Both the position numbers and the translations under genes were made by a program. A DNA stretch of 64,000 nt from Piromyces finnis finn. Taxonomy: Eukaryota; Fungi; Neocallimastigomycota. The notes under the pieces are model-generated. The model ran no database searches. It had not been told where the DNA came from and saw only the letters and a list, made by a program, of their open reading frames with translations. Shown piece after piece: positions 42,401 to 58,008 of the stretch (its first letter is position 1; each line of letters opens with the position of its first letter). The stretch is from the NCBI GenBank assembly GCA_002104945.1, contig MCFH01000034.1:496001-560000 (forward strand), given 5' to 3'.

Positions 42401-45400
42401 TTATTCAAAAAACTGTTATCATTAGGGAAACGACGAGCGTAATAATAACTTTCACTTGGAGGGGAAGTTGATGAAGAAGTGGTATCATTTGGATCTGTAG
42501 GCTTCTTTTTCGTATTCCAAGCAAGTTTTTTATTTTGGAATGGTGAATTTTCTAAAGAATTGTTGTTTGATGGTGAAGAACTATTATTATTGTTATTACG
42601 AATTCTCCAGTTTCCATTTTTATCGGCAACATTCATACTTCCTGGAAAAGAGGTTGTACCTTTTCCATTTTTTAAATTAGAAAACGGATTTGCAGGATTA
42701 CTAATAAATAAATGATCATTATGAATAGTTCCGTTACTAGTGTAACTATTATTTTCAGGAGATCTACTTTGATTTTGATAATAATAGTTTGATGTATAGG
42801 CATAATTGCTTGGATTTGGTTTATAAGGTTCACAAAGCTCTTCGAGGGGACCTCTAGATTTTAAAATTTTAAAAGCACGTTTAAATTCCCAACGAAGACC
42901 TTTTACACTATAGCGATTAGCACAATTAGCAAGATTTCTAGTGGTATTAAAAGGTTCTTCCACACAGAAATAATTATTTCTAATTCGTGTATTATTGGAA
43001 GACACATTCCAACCATTATCAGATTTCTTTTTATAACAACCACTTCTCACAGATACAACATCGGTAATATAATCAAAATCACAAGCAAAGGTTTTAAAAA
43101 AGCCAAATATCAATTCATATAATGTTTCCTTATTATCCTTTCCAAAGCCTTTCAATTTATCAAGATCTGTATATATTGTACAATCGATACCATCAACAAT
43201 AATTCTTTCCTCTTGTGGGATATCTTTAGTCATTGCGTGAAGGCATGGCAAAATTGGTGGCTTTCTCATTTGTAAAAAGTTAATGACCATATTTACCCAA
43301 CAATACGAACTTAATGTTCCTGTTTTGGCGTCATTAAGCATTCTTTGTCTAGCAAAATATTTAATGGTCATAATTAAAGGTTTCACTCTCTCATCGATTA
43401 ATGCATAAGTTTGAATCATTTTTGTATTGTAAAGGGCAATAGTATTATTTACATTAATATCGCATGAAAGGTTAGTTTCTGGGTCAACAAAATTGCATAT
43501 TGGTACTTTGGCATTTGGCGTAGTACGAATCTTTGTAATATTATTTTCTTCCAAAATTTTCTTTATAACTTCCATATCACTTAATTCACAATCAACTCTA
43601 TCATTTGTTGTTAAACATATATCAACATCACTGTTATAGGTACCTAATTCATTTGCTGAGGATCCAAAAAGATGGGCTTTAACGCCCAAGTTTGGATAAC
43701 GATCTGAAAATATTTTTTGAATACGTTTTAAAAGACTCAATTTTTTTGTTTTACTTTCTTCATTAGGTAAATTTTTAGTATAAAAGTCCAACATTTCTTT
43801 TTCAAGAGAAGCTGCATACTCCTTTATTGATTTTTCAAAATCTGCTGATTTCTTTCCATTTTTTTTATAATACTGTGACTTCTCATAATAATTCTTAGAA
43901 TATTTTTCTTCAGAATGTACACTTGAAATTGAAATTTCAGGGGAAAAGGCGTTACTGTAATATGAATAATTATCTTCATCTCTTTTTTGACTATTTTTAA
44001 TGGCTATAGAACTAGTCGTTTCTTTCGAAAATTGCATCTCATTATCTATATTATTTTGATTACCATTTGGATTACGTTCCTTTAATAGGCTTTCGTTAAC
44101 AGTTAAAATTTCTTTACTTGGCTTCTTTAAAATATGATCACTATTAATTTTACTTTCAGTGTTTTTCGTTAAATTTTCTAGTTCATCTGTATCTTCAATA
44201 GTTATGATTGGTTCTATTTTTTCATTTTCATTAATAGTATATAATTTACCATTATTATCTAAATCATTACTACTAATTTGGATAAATTCTTCCTCGGCAT
44301 TATCTAAATCTTCTATAATAAGATTAGATGATTTATTTTCTAAATTATTCGTTATATCTCCAGGAAAAGCATTTGTTGTTGGTATACTAGTTGATTCTGA
44401 TTCACTAACACATACTATATTTGACATAAAGCTAGAATTTTCAGACTCGACCAAAGTATCTTCATTCAATACATTATTGTATAATGGATTTAGATAATTA
44501 TCCTTAGATCCATTTCTTGAGACTTTTCTATTTATTTTATCCTTGGGATCTTGAACTTCTATTTTATGAGTTTTATTCTTATTCTCCTTTTCTGAATTAT
44601 TTACATTTAGCGATGTTGCACCTTTACTTATTACCAGTGATATTTCTTTATTTACTAAATTATGAACTACAACATCTTTATAGGTGAGCGACGTTTTTTC
44701 CGAATCCGTTACATTTTCTATGTTCAATCCATTATTCAATGAATTGGAGGAAGGCTCCTTTTTCAATTCATTATTATTATTCTTTTGTTCTGATATGTTA
44801 TTGTTTATTATATTATTTGAGGATGAAAATAATAGCATTGATTTACCTTTTGATACTTTTGGTGATGATTTTTCAAATATTAGTTGACTATCTTGTTTTT
44901 CTATTTTAAATGATTCAGAAGATTTTGTTTTTATTTTAGTAGGAGGTATTGGTTGGGAAGGCGATATTGGTGATAAAGGATTTTGTTCATTCTTAATAAA
45001 CTTTTTATTCTCATCATCATTATGTGAACTACTTTTGGTAGATAATGGGGAGGATGAATATGCGTCTTGACTAGTTGGAATATCTAAAGAGGGGGATTCT
45101 AATGATGTTGATGGAAGAGATTGGTCCAATGACATAGAACTTGAAGTAATCTTTAAATGTTTATCGGATTCAACGGTTTCTTCTTCTTTACTTTTATTTT
45201 CAAAACTATCTTTTTTATTATTGATTCTTACTGATTCTTTGATAGATATTTCTTCCTTCATTGACATTTTCCCTAGATCATCCTTTGATGTTTTATTATT
45301 AACTGGATATGAGGAAGTTATTGTTTCTGTTACTGAAGATACATCATGTTCACCAATTATATTTTCTAAAGGACCTTTAATATGCGGTGTTAATGATAAA

Positions 45401-46224
45401 TTATCTGATTTTCCGGATGAGATTGAAGTAGGAGAGAGAGAAATAGAATCTTTATTTTCTACAGCATGACTATTCATTCCTGTTCCCATTTTATTAGTAA
45501 ATGCTGAAGCAAAACTAAATGAACTTTGGCAAGATGAAAAACTAAATGAAAATTCATCTTCTTTTGGTGTAGAATATTCAACACGACTTTCATTTGTTTC
45601 GCTTCCTGAATCATATTGATGGCCTATATCATTATTTATAGATATAGTTGTTACTGAACTTGTCATTGATGAGAGTGAAGAATGTTTATGGTAATGGCAT
45701 GAATTTCTTTGAGTAGAATTGGTATTATTAAAAGGTATACTCTTTGATCTTTGAATTTTTATTTTTTCCATTGGGATATAAGTTTCTTCCTCTACGGTTT
45801 GATTATCGTTTTGAATATTTAAATCTGTATCAGATAAAGATTGTTTTTTTTCTTTGTTTGAAGAGGGAGTACAATTTAATGTATCTAAATTATCACTATT
45901 ACTATTATTATTATTTGATTTCTTCAAGGAATGAAAAAAAGATTGAATAGAATGTATTAATTCAGTTGCTTGTTGAAACGACGAAGAATGCTTATTCTTT
46001 TTATTATCTTCTAAATTATTTAGACTTTGATATTCTTTTTCATTAATATCACTTAAGTTAATAGATTTGTTTGATAAATTTATATTAATATTATCAGAAT
46101 TATTATAATTATTTTGTTTAATACTATTATTATCTTTTCTATTATTTTTTTTATTCATTTTATTATTAATTTCTTTAATATTATCGTTTTTATTTTCTTT
46201 TTTTTTATTGTTTTTATTCAACAT
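39472..46224 (-). CDS. Non-canonical poly(A)/poly(U) polymerase (Cid1/Cid13/TUT family), 2250 aa, single ORF
   Basis: Nucleotidyltransferase motif HLFGSSANELGTYNSDVDICL, then AKVPICNF, CDINVNN, GTLSSYCWVNMVINFLQ and the PAP-associated CVEEPFNTTRNLAN, flanked by very long low-complexity arms. Confidence 0.9.
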   Translation of the reverse strand: MLNKNNKKKENKNDNIKEINNKMNKKNNRKDNNSIKQNNYNNSDNININLSNKSINLSDINEKEYQSLNNLEDNKKNKHSSSFQQATELIHSIQSFFHSLKKSNNNNSNSDNLDTLNCTPSSNKEKKQSLSDTDLNIQNDNQTVEEETYIPMEKIKIQRSKSIPFNNTNSTQRNSCHYHKHSSLSSMTSSVTTISINNDIGHQYDSGSETNESRVEYSTPKEDEFSFSFSSCQSSFSFASAFTNKMGTGMNSHAVENKDSISLSPTSISSGKSDNLSLTPHIKGPLENIIGEHDVSSVTETITSSYPVNNKTSKDDLGKMSMKEEISIKESVRINNKKDSFENKSKEEETVESDKHLKITSSSMSLDQSLPSTSLESPSLDIPTSQDAYSSSPLSTKSSSHNDDENKKFIKNEQNPLSPISPSQPIPPTKIKTKSSESFKIEKQDSQLIFEKSSPKVSKGKSMLLFSSSNNIINNNISEQKNNNNELKKEPSSNSLNNGLNIENVTDSEKTSLTYKDVVVHNLVNKEISLVISKGATSLNVNNSEKENKNKTHKIEVQDPKDKINRKVSRNGSKDNYLNPLYNNVLNEDTLVESENSSFMSNIVCVSESESTSIPTTNAFPGDITNNLENKSSNLIIEDLDNAEEEFIQISSNDLDNNGKLYTINENEKIEPIITIEDTDELENLTKNTESKINSDHILKKPSKEILTVNESLLKERNPNGNQNNIDNEMQFSKETTSSIAIKNSQKRDEDNYSYYSNAFSPEISISSVHSEEKYSKNYYEKSQYYKKNGKKSADFEKSIKEYAASLEKEMLDFYTKNLPNEESKTKKLSLLKRIQKIFSDRYPNLGVKAHLFGSSANELGTYNSDVDICLTTNDRVDCELSDMEVIKKILEENNITKIRTTPNAKVPICNFVDPETNLSCDINVNNTIALYNTKMIQTYALIDERVKPLIMTIKYFARQRMLNDAKTGTLSSYCWVNMVINFLQMRKPPILPCLHAMTKDIPQEERIIVDGIDCTIYTDLDKLKGFGKDNKETLYELIFGFFKTFACDFDYITDVVSVRSGCYKKKSDNGWNVSSNNTRIRNNYFCVEEPFNTTRNLANCANRYSVKGLRWEFKRAFKILKSRGPLEELCEPYKPNPSNYAYTSNYYYQNQSRSPENNSYTSNGTIHNDHLFISNPANPFSNLKNGKGTTSFPGSMNVADKNGNWRIRNNNNNSSSPSNNNSLENSPFQNKKLAWNTKKKPTDPNDTTSSSTSPPSESYYYARRFPNDNSFLNNHYSNSNSSYINNKRNNNFNRNNYIDKDIHNNRKHDKSNYVSNKETDEMDNEKIVIKNRFIEHHRNIDNSTSLSSSPQYYYNNSSNLSINRNKNAVSDGRNDTKAYNENKLNNNYNRSNNMTTNSITSTYASKTSATDINNISSSNENIVGDNSQSNIDQVERKKNKGKNEIKDDTQIEELENDKNETESNEIKDMDDDTNNEATTSSKGTEDQTNSSKPVIINNFNNYYSYVNQECAQFYKQFVYVQAQDQKMTLTEEGISKQQQQQQQQQQQNIINSARYPPYPIFINLNNSNVNSVTTQGNSSSSSSSSSSNKIKPNGENSQSVMTGYTTSFPVLSGNAYGHYYTKLNNVNLINYFIPAQTAAHPPGSPYQSRAQPLGYAVETIPIIPATNQAIYASNNNITIPEGSLYHTYQPLVPVVVDNSLNPILASRENIPKEISHDGVLEDKKDLTKESKSDRSSKTTFSGNKKYYGKLENKKSQWPNSQFLVNKANKKSSGENGHTIGKQKSKENEEGSNTAKDNYKPQKKKPNYLHGDNSEENGNKMENFAIKNTGKNDGPTEFSLASHHTDEEQAIIYLDGNKSEEERTLYNEEISCEPGEIYSKGEEPGSEEDCKGQNSNINIRNNLSGSKGSEFLLNIKNKNSSIEINLENNIIVNDVLIDYKNNKENKINTGKGKKSFDSSIHDNKKNEKGKLAIKGVGSISSNTNLVSPPKEKKNKKNNANNKSKDNKMNNQNKSEVKEKSKHGCNIGNQKNKNNYNKNNKKEENNKGGKRKNSIVGHKNRINSFTIKETKAHNNNKLKENKDKSLEKNKGDETTVITTVTTTIITNNSNNTNKNIQNGNITNAIKKEENGQKSMTNKKNSKNKVKKQQKFNNKKSETENNKNVNNSNTLNTTTTTTTIANPNPNNVTVNNNNSNNNNNNNNNNNNNNKKKFKNGTSSNTNNSNKNKPGKAKIDDNSKAKGNNKKLKKKVK

Positions 46225-49200
46225 TTTTAATTTTTTTATTATATTTTTTTCTTTTTATATATTTATTATTCTTTTGTCAATTGTACTGTATTTTTAATAA
46301 ATTGATTTATATATTCATTAAACTTTTGTTGAATTATGATAATGAAAAAATTGATTATTTGAGTTATATTTTTTAAAATAAAAAGTATTATCACTATTTA
46401 ACATTTTTATTTTTTTTAATTTTAAAGGTTTAAGAAGTAAAATAAAGTAAATTGTATATACCTTTAAAAATTTAATAAAAATATAAAAAAATATATTTAT
46501 TTACAAAGTTTAATGAAAACTTTTTATTGAATATAGTGTTTTTTTTTTAAAAAAAAATAAATATTAATTTTTTTTGTTATTAAAAATAATTATTAAATTA
46601 TCTTTAAAATTTTTGGTAGATTTTTTCTTAATAGATTTTATTATTTTGAAAATATATTTAATTGATTAAAATAATAAAATAATATTTATATTGTTTTAAT
46701 ATTCTAAAATTACAGTTTAGTTTTTATTCTTATCATAAAATATTGTTTGATATTTTTAATAATATATTAAATCATTAAATATTACCATGATATGTATATT
46801 TATTATACTATATTTCTATTTACATATATAAATTGGTATATACTTTAAAACCTTTTTATAGATTTTGATATTTATTTGAATATGAAAAGAAATAATGAAA
46901 AATGACTAAATAAAATACTAATTGATATTAAATTTTGAAATATTTATTTTTTAAGAGTAAATATAATAATAGATATTTAAATATATACAATATATTTTAA
47001 ATCTAGATATACTAAATTATATATTTAATAATAAATAATTATTATTTTCAATTATATTACTCGATATTTATTATTCGTTATTATTTTTGTTTATTTTGTT
47101 TTTGTTTTTATTTTTGTTTTTTTTTTAGCTTGTTTTTTGATATATTTTTGATTATAATATACAATAAATTTGGTTACATTAACAAAAATAATTTCAAAAA
47201 TTATTATATTCGTTGTGAAATATATATCGATAAGATATTTATTATTTTATTGCCTTCTAAACATATTACCTAATTTGTTTATATATTATATATAATATAT
47301 TTTTATTTATAAATTTTAATTTTATTACTTATGATTTCGTTATTTTATTTGATATATAAATAGATTATAAAGTGTTTGTAATTAATTAAAATTTTATTAT
47401 CATTAAATAAATTATAAGATTTTAGTATAAAATTATTGCTTTTTCTTAAATAACACACTTTGATAATAGTTTTTTTATTACTTCAAAAATAAAAAATGAT
47501 TACTCTAACATTTTAGATAAAGAATAAATTAATTATATCAAAGCTTACTTTATATTTTTTTAATTATGTTTTTGCCTTTTTTTTTTATTATTTTATATTG
47601 AATAACGCATATAAGTTTTACGACTAATTAATATTACCGACCTTTTTCATTTATACTATTGTTTTTTTTTTTCGATTTTTACTTAGTGTTACTATTTTTT
47701 CTTTTTTTTACTTCGATTTGTTGAATTATCACAATATTTTCTTTAATATTTCTTTATTATTTATTTCTTGAAAATCTATTTATCTTTCTTTTAAATTCTC
47801 TATTACTATTACGAATTTGAATTTAATTTTTTGAAAAAAGAAAAAATAAATTTATTTTAAATGAAAAGAAAATAACTATTTTTTATATTGGTATCATCAA
47901 AAATAAGAATTGTTTAATTTTTAACAAATCTTTTAAAAAAAAAAAAAAGATTAAAGGTTAAATAATAAATGAATAAATAAAAATAATAAAAAAAAAGATG
48001 AAATTGAGTTTTTTAAATGATAAAAAAAACTGATGAATCTTTAAATGGTAATAATAAAAAAATAAAAAAGCATCAACTTTTTTAAAGTAAAAAAAAAAAA
48101 AAAAAAAAAAGGGAAATTCTATGAAAATATTATTTTATTTAAATCAATTGTAATAATAATAAAAGAAAAATATTAAATTTAAACTATTTCATCATCATTT
48201 TTTATTATTATGGAATTATGCTTTTTAATTTATTTAATTATTCATTTATATTTATTAAATAAATTATTTAAATTGGTATTTTTTATTCACTTACATTTTT
48301 AATTATTTCATTAATTAATTATAATAGAAACATTTCTTTTTTCCATTTAATTACCATCAATTTATTCAATTCAATATATTTAAATACAATTTATATTTAT
48401 TATAATATATGTTATATATATTATCAATATACTAGTATTATATGTGCTTTTTTGTAATACCATAGTAAATAATAAAGTTAAGATTACTCCAGGTACCAAT
48501 GGGGCCTCAATAAATTAAATTATATTAAGATGACTAGAAATGTATTAATTACATATATAATTAATATATTATAATATATTAATTATATAAAATAATTTAT
48601 TTTAAAAAAATTACTGTATCAATTGCACAAAACTATAATCTATAAAATATATAGAATATGTATATTAAATATATTATAGAATATATTGTTAATAAATTAT
48701 GTTTATATATTAATAAATTAAATCATTTAAACCTATTAAATTATATTTTTCTATTTGAATTATAGGCATGAATTATAAATATTTATATGTTAATAAAAAG
48801 GACTTATTATTAATACTTTCTAAATACAAAATTATTCGTTTTTAATCGCATTTAATTTAACTAATGTCTAGTTACATTTTTGTATTTAATAGCTTATTAT
48901 AATTCCTATCTTAATAATATATACATTTTTTATCAAAAATGTATATTATATATATTATCTTGAAAGTATTTTTTTTTAATATGTAATTTACCAATTTTGA
49001 CTATAATAACAAGAATTTAATTGTTTATAATATTTATTATATATTGGTTTATACAGTAATATATAGTGCATTTATATGTGATCATTTACATTTTAGAATA
49101 CGTCATTATTATTACTAATATAGATTAATATTTATAATTAAATAGTCACATTAATTCCAATATAATAAATAATATCAAAACAGAACCTACTTATATATTA

Positions 49201-49684
49201 ATTTATAGTGGTAATATATTAAAATTAATATTTTCATAAATAGTAAAACTTTATATTGTAATAAATTGGTAATGAAATAGAAACTTTATTTACTAATAAA
49301 ATTATTGACATTTTTCAAGTAAGGAAAAAAAAAAAAAGCGGAGCAAGCAAATGAGCAAGAGATGAATAAAAATGTGTAGGTGAATACTAGCCAGCTGAAA
49401 TTAATAATATTACCATTAATATTTTACTGGGCCATTTTATAATAATCATGACTAGGTTCGTGCATTCACAAAGTATAATTATTATTCTTTCCAGGGACAA
49501 TAAATGACTTGGTAATTAAAAGAAAAAAAAGTGACAATTTGATTTGATTCATTATATAAAATAAGATTTTCTAGAAATACGAATGTTTGTGTTATTTTTA
49601 ATTAATAAATATCTTTTTATATATTCATTACAAAAATATTTTTAACATTTATTATTATTATTATTCTTATTATTATGAAGTAGT

Positions 49685-49940
49685 AGTATTAGTATTAGTA
49701 TTAGTATTAGTATTAGTATTAGTATTAGTATTAGTATTAGTATTAGTATTAGTATTAGTATTAGTATTAGTATTAGTATTAGTATTAGTATTAGTATTAG
49801 TATTAGTATTAGTATTAGTATTAGTATTAGTATTAGTATTAGTATTAGTATTAGTATTAGTATTAGTATTAGTATTAGTATTAGTATTAGTATTAGTATT
49901 AGTATTAGTATTAGTATTAGTATTAGTATTAGTATTAGTA
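49685..49940. repeat. Perfect (AGTATT)n hexanucleotide array, ~42 copies
   Basis: Seen directly; it accounts for the spurious poly-IL ORF 49642-49959. Confidence 0.95.
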
Positions 49941-50814
49941 GTAGAAGTAGTATCTGCATGTTTTATTATATAATATTATTCATTATACATTATATATTAA
50001 TCAAAGCCATATTTTCAAGTATAATAATAATATTAATATTAAATTAATTATTAATATCTATTTAAATTATTTTTAATTTAATATAATTTATGTATAAAAA
50101 AAATGAACAAAAATTCTAAATTTTAACATTCTATTCAATTACTCAACATTATATAGTTTATTTTAAAGAAGTGAAATCTCCAGATAAAAAACATTACAAT
50201 GAAGAATCTCTGGCATATATAAGAGAAAAAGACTTTTAAAATATTTAAAAAAAAAAGATTGTGGAATGGATGAAGGGAATAATTATAAAGTTTCCTATTT
50301 AATCAATATTAAAAATTAATCATTTTCGTGTAACATAAAAATAACTTTAATAAATTTTAATTTGATTTATTTTTTTAATTTATTTTTTTTTTTTTAAAAA
50401 AAGATGGATGAAAAGGCGTGAATATAGAGAATGATTATTATAATATTATAATAAAAAACAATTTATAATGATATTAGCTATATAATGGTAATAATAGTAA
50501 TAATAATATAAGATTAAAATATTTTATTTATTTAGAATTAAAAAATAAATAAAAGTTATTATTGCATTAACTTTAATAATTCTACCTGGTATAGTGTCTT
50601 AATTGTAAAATTTTTTAAACTCTCTATAGTGTATTGAATAAAAAAATTAATTTAAATATATTTTTATAGATACGAAAAAAAAATATTAAATAATAATAGC
50701 TGGTATTCAATATAGATGATAGAGTTAGGTTTAATCAATTTATAAAATCATTAATTAAAATATTATAGTTATCAAGATATACCTTTATAAATTTTGTCGT
50801 TTTTATTGTTGTTA

Positions 50815-51083
50815 TTTGGATTTTAATTGCCTATTTAATTATAACTAGGAAATTAAATATAAAAGTATTACAATAATTGATAATTTAAACTATAGTTATA
50901 ATTAATGAAATAAATAATCTAATTATAAAATAATAATATCGTTTATATTCTTTTATGATAATATAAAGCATCAATTTATTACTATCCTTTTATTATTTTA
51001 AAAATAAAACTATATATATTAATTCTAGTTTGGATTTTAATTGCCTATTTCAAGTATAACTAGAAAATTTAATATAAAAGTAT
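50815..51083. repeat. ~54-bp dispersed direct repeat, two copies 214 bp apart
   Basis: tttggattttaattgcctattt is identical at 50815 and 51029, each followed by tataactag(g/a)aaatt(a/t)aatataaaagtat. Confidence 0.75.
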
Positions 51084-54000
51084 GATTAATCATTAATCTA
51101 TTAATTTTCATTTAAAAAAAAAAACTTTAGAAAGAGATATATTTAATATAAAGGTCATAAGGATTTATTTAATAATTTGGATTTCTTTCTTTATCAAAGA
51201 ACTTTCAATTTATTTAAAGATTATGATATATAAAAATTCCTGAATATTAGCATACATGAAAGGGGATGGTATTAATAATATTGTTATTAATAATAATGAA
51301 GGTCATCATAAATTAATAGTCCAAGTCAATGTATACAGTTTTTAACTGGGTAATTTATTTAATATAATATAATATAATATTAACTTGATGGTAAGTTTTC
51401 AATAAATAAAAAACTAATAGTAAATAAATTCTCAAGAGATAAAATATGACTGATATATAATCTCTTAGATTTAAGTATTCATCATTTATAATAGTCATAT
51501 TACTAGTCATATTACATAGTATAAATATCCTAAATAATAATAAATAAATGAAAAAAACTTGTTATTTAGTGTATATTACACAAAAATATAAATTATTCTT
51601 TTTTTCTTTTTCATTAATTCAATTAAACCTTAAAGAGATATAAATATATAAATTCTGTTTTTTAAAACCTTTTTCATTTTTTTTAATAAAATATTTATTA
51701 TTTATTATTAGGTAATAATAAAATATTTTCTATGGTCTTTTGTAATTAAAAATTATAAGGATTATAGTTATGATATTCTTAATAAAATCAGGAATTTAGA
51801 AAAAGATATGTTATTTTTAAAAATAAAATGACTAAAAAATAAATTGATCAAATGTATAATAAATTGACACTTTATATTATCATAAAAGATTATATTTATA
51901 TATTTATTATATATAAATGATATTATTCTTTTATAATTAGATTATTTATTTTATTCCTTATTACAAAAATTTTCCAATGTACAGCGGTTTACATGGAAAT
52001 ATTTGGATGAATATAGCTAGTTATAATCATTTATATATCATCTATTTTAGCATAATATGTTTTTCTGAACACTTTTGTTATTTATAAAATAATTTTAAAA
52101 TACTCTCCAAAACTTGATTGTAAAAATTTTTTTATCCATCACCCTTTTTTATATAGCAATATAATATGAGGTTTTGGAAATTTATCTAAATTAACACAGC
52201 ACGAATATAATATATTATCGTATAATATGAATAGACAACTCTTGTATACTTTTTTTTTTTCTTTTAAATAAGCTCTTTTCTTACTGTTTATTTTCTTGGA
52301 AATAACTTTTTTTTTATTATCACCATTAACTATAGTCAATTATAATAACTATGTGCTTATTTCATGTTTAGGCATATCATATCTTTTTGTTTTAATAAAA
52401 CATTTTTAAAAAATATATATAAATATATTGATATATTGATATAAAAAACAAAAAAAGTATAAAGTTTTTGTTCATAAATAATAGAATAATTAATCGTATA
52501 TATGATAATCTAAATAAAAGGAATCTAAAAGGTTAATTTATATTCAATTTTAAATAAAAAAAATTGAAATACTTTTTTCCATCTTCAACCCTCATTCAAT
52601 AACAATTAACTATTATATTGCTATCTATTATGTTAATGAAAAAAACAATGAATCAAATGGATAATGCTCTTCTAATACTATATTATAATGACTATGACTA
52701 TTAACTTACTAGTTAAATATTCCTCTTGAACTATTCCTTATATAAAAAAAAAAAGAAATAATACTATTCTCATTATATAAATTTTCAAATTGAAGGTACA
52801 TTCATTACAATATATTACCAAGAGAACATAAAACACAGAATAGAACATATATGCTATCAATAATTCATTAAAAATAATTAAATATTATAGTATTTATAAA
52901 ATAACTCTAAATAAAATTAAAAAGTTTTGTTGATTGTATTCATAAATCAAAAAGTTTAAAACAAAAGAAAATACAGATACAATCCACTGAAAATATAAAT
53001 ATATATATATATTTAGTTTTATATTTCATTATTACTACACTATTAAAATAATTGATATTAGCAATTAGCTTCTATATAAAAGAAAAAAATTATAGAAATA
53101 AATTTAAACAAAATGATATTTTATAATGGATATAAATATACATAATAATTTAAAAAATTATTATTATTAATAAAATATTTATTAATAAAAAACTGGTATT
53201 ACATTTATAAATCATATATAATTTTTTTATTTTACATAAAAGTCTCATAGGTTATTATTAACACCATTGTTTTTTTATATCAAAGTATAAAAAAGAAATA
53301 AAAATATATTATATATTTTCTAATAACTATACTATTGAACTGTAATATTTAAAAAAGTTAATAATATCCAATAATAAACTTTTTTTCATATTCTTTTCAT
53401 TTTACAATTATTAGAATGGGGAAAAAAAAGGATAAAATACCTGAAACCATCATTTATAAATATATTATATACATAATATATATCTTATTAAATTAGCTAA
53501 TTATTCCTATACCAAGATAATTTCCTTTTTCCTTTTTTATTTCTTTTTTTTTTTTTTTTTAGCTTTAATTTTAATTAATAAAAAATACCTATATATAATA
53601 TATATATTTTTTTCCAATTTTATAATTTTATGAAAATTTAGAAATTAATAAATGCCAATAACATAATAAAAAAAAGAATAAAAATAAAATTACCATTTTT
53701 AATTTACATCTCTAATTAATGTAAATAGCATTAATAGAGGTTTATTATTCTATTCTATAATATATTTAAATAGTTAAACAAATATAAATAGTATTATTAT
53801 AGATTTCATATAAACTCAATGATTGTTATGATAGAAAGATGCATGTTAAACAAATTTTAATTTTACTTGTTATATAACGGATAAATATTTTAAAAAAATA
53901 TAAAAATTACATTTTCTAAATATAAAATCACCTATAATCATAATTCTTTTTAGTACATTTTTATCACTACCAATAGAAAAATCAATTATATATACATATA

Positions 54001-54514
54001 GGATATAGTCCTGAATATATATAAAAAAAAATACTAAAAACTATAAAATAAATAATTGAATTTAAATGATTATCATCTGGATACTGTTAATCCTTAATAT
54101 TTATACCTAACTAGCAATAATAAAATGATAGAGAATTTATAAAAAACTAAAATAAAATTACCAATACTTTAATACTTTTATAAAGTTCAATTTTTATTTT
54201 TTAAAAAAAAAAAAAACTTCAAATCTATTAATTTATATAATTAGTTTTTTATTGGTAAAAAAAAATTAAAGTTTTAAAAATAAAAAAGTAAACAAAATCA
54301 TCAATAAAAAAAAATTGTAAAAAAGTCAGTTTTGAGCTTATTTTATATAGCATAAATAAGACTCGAATAATTTTACTAATAAAAAAACTTTATATTTTAA
54401 TTATAAATATTAAATAATAAATTTTATTTTTTTTTTTTTATTTTTTTTTTTTTTTTTTTTTTAAAAAAAAATAAAAGTAAAATCGCATTAACAATAATAA
54501 TTAAATAATAATAA

Positions 54515-57289
<2,775 letters not shown>

Positions 57290-58008
57290 TTATGAAGAGA
57301 ATAATAATAATGACAATAATAATAATATATTGTAAATATTAAACCTTCCTGAGTGTATATTTATTTATCAATTATAATAAATCTTAAAAAAAGAAACATT
57401 CATTATCATGACTTTTTTTTTGATTCTCTTCAATACAAAATAATAATTTTTTTTAAAAAAAAAAAAATAAATTCTATTCCATATATAGTTTTATATTTAT
57501 TAAAATGCAATTTATTATTATTACTATTATTAATATTGGTATTAGTAGTAAGTAGGTATTATATTTGTGTATAATATAATAATTTTCATTATTGATAAAT
57601 TGCAAATAAATAATATTAAAATTAATAAAACCAAATAAATTTAAAGTATTTTTGATTTTTTTTCTTTTCTTTTGTAATACATAAAAATAAATATAATTAA
57701 AAAAAAAATAAAAAAAAAACCTTTATATCATTTTAAACAAAGGGTATTACTAAATATATATATATATATATTTATTGATATATATGAATGTTTAGTAGAA
57801 TTGATTAAATGCTTTATTGATAAATCTTTTTTATATAATAGTTTATTTGTTATTTTTCAAAAGATTTCATGAATTTATTCTTATTTTTTTTTTTTTACTA
57901 TTATTATTATTATTATTTTCAATTTTTAAATTGTTGTTTACTTTTTTTTTTAATATATAATATGATTATATTGTTTTTATTTTTTTTATTTACTTTTTCT
58001 TTCTTTTT

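Noticed and set aside
39488-45469. Plus-strand ORFs antisense to the Cid1-like gene
   Set aside because: Hydrophobic mirror translations of Asn/Lys/Ser-rich codons with no independent coding signal.
48420-48540. Possible TM-encoding exon (IEAPLVPGVILTLLF) in the desert
   Set aside because: In-frame stop between the candidate acceptor and the segment; no partner exons found.
49370-49480. tRNA-like A-box/GGTTCG pair
   Set aside because: No cloverleaf, and the B-box is incomplete (GGTTCGTGC).
49642-49959. 105-aa poly-(IL) ORF
   Set aside because: Translation artefact of the hexamer microsatellite.
52139-52339. 66-aa Lys-rich ORF as a transposase relic
   Set aside because: No recognisable DDE or other motif; non-ATG start; composition expected from A-rich DNA.
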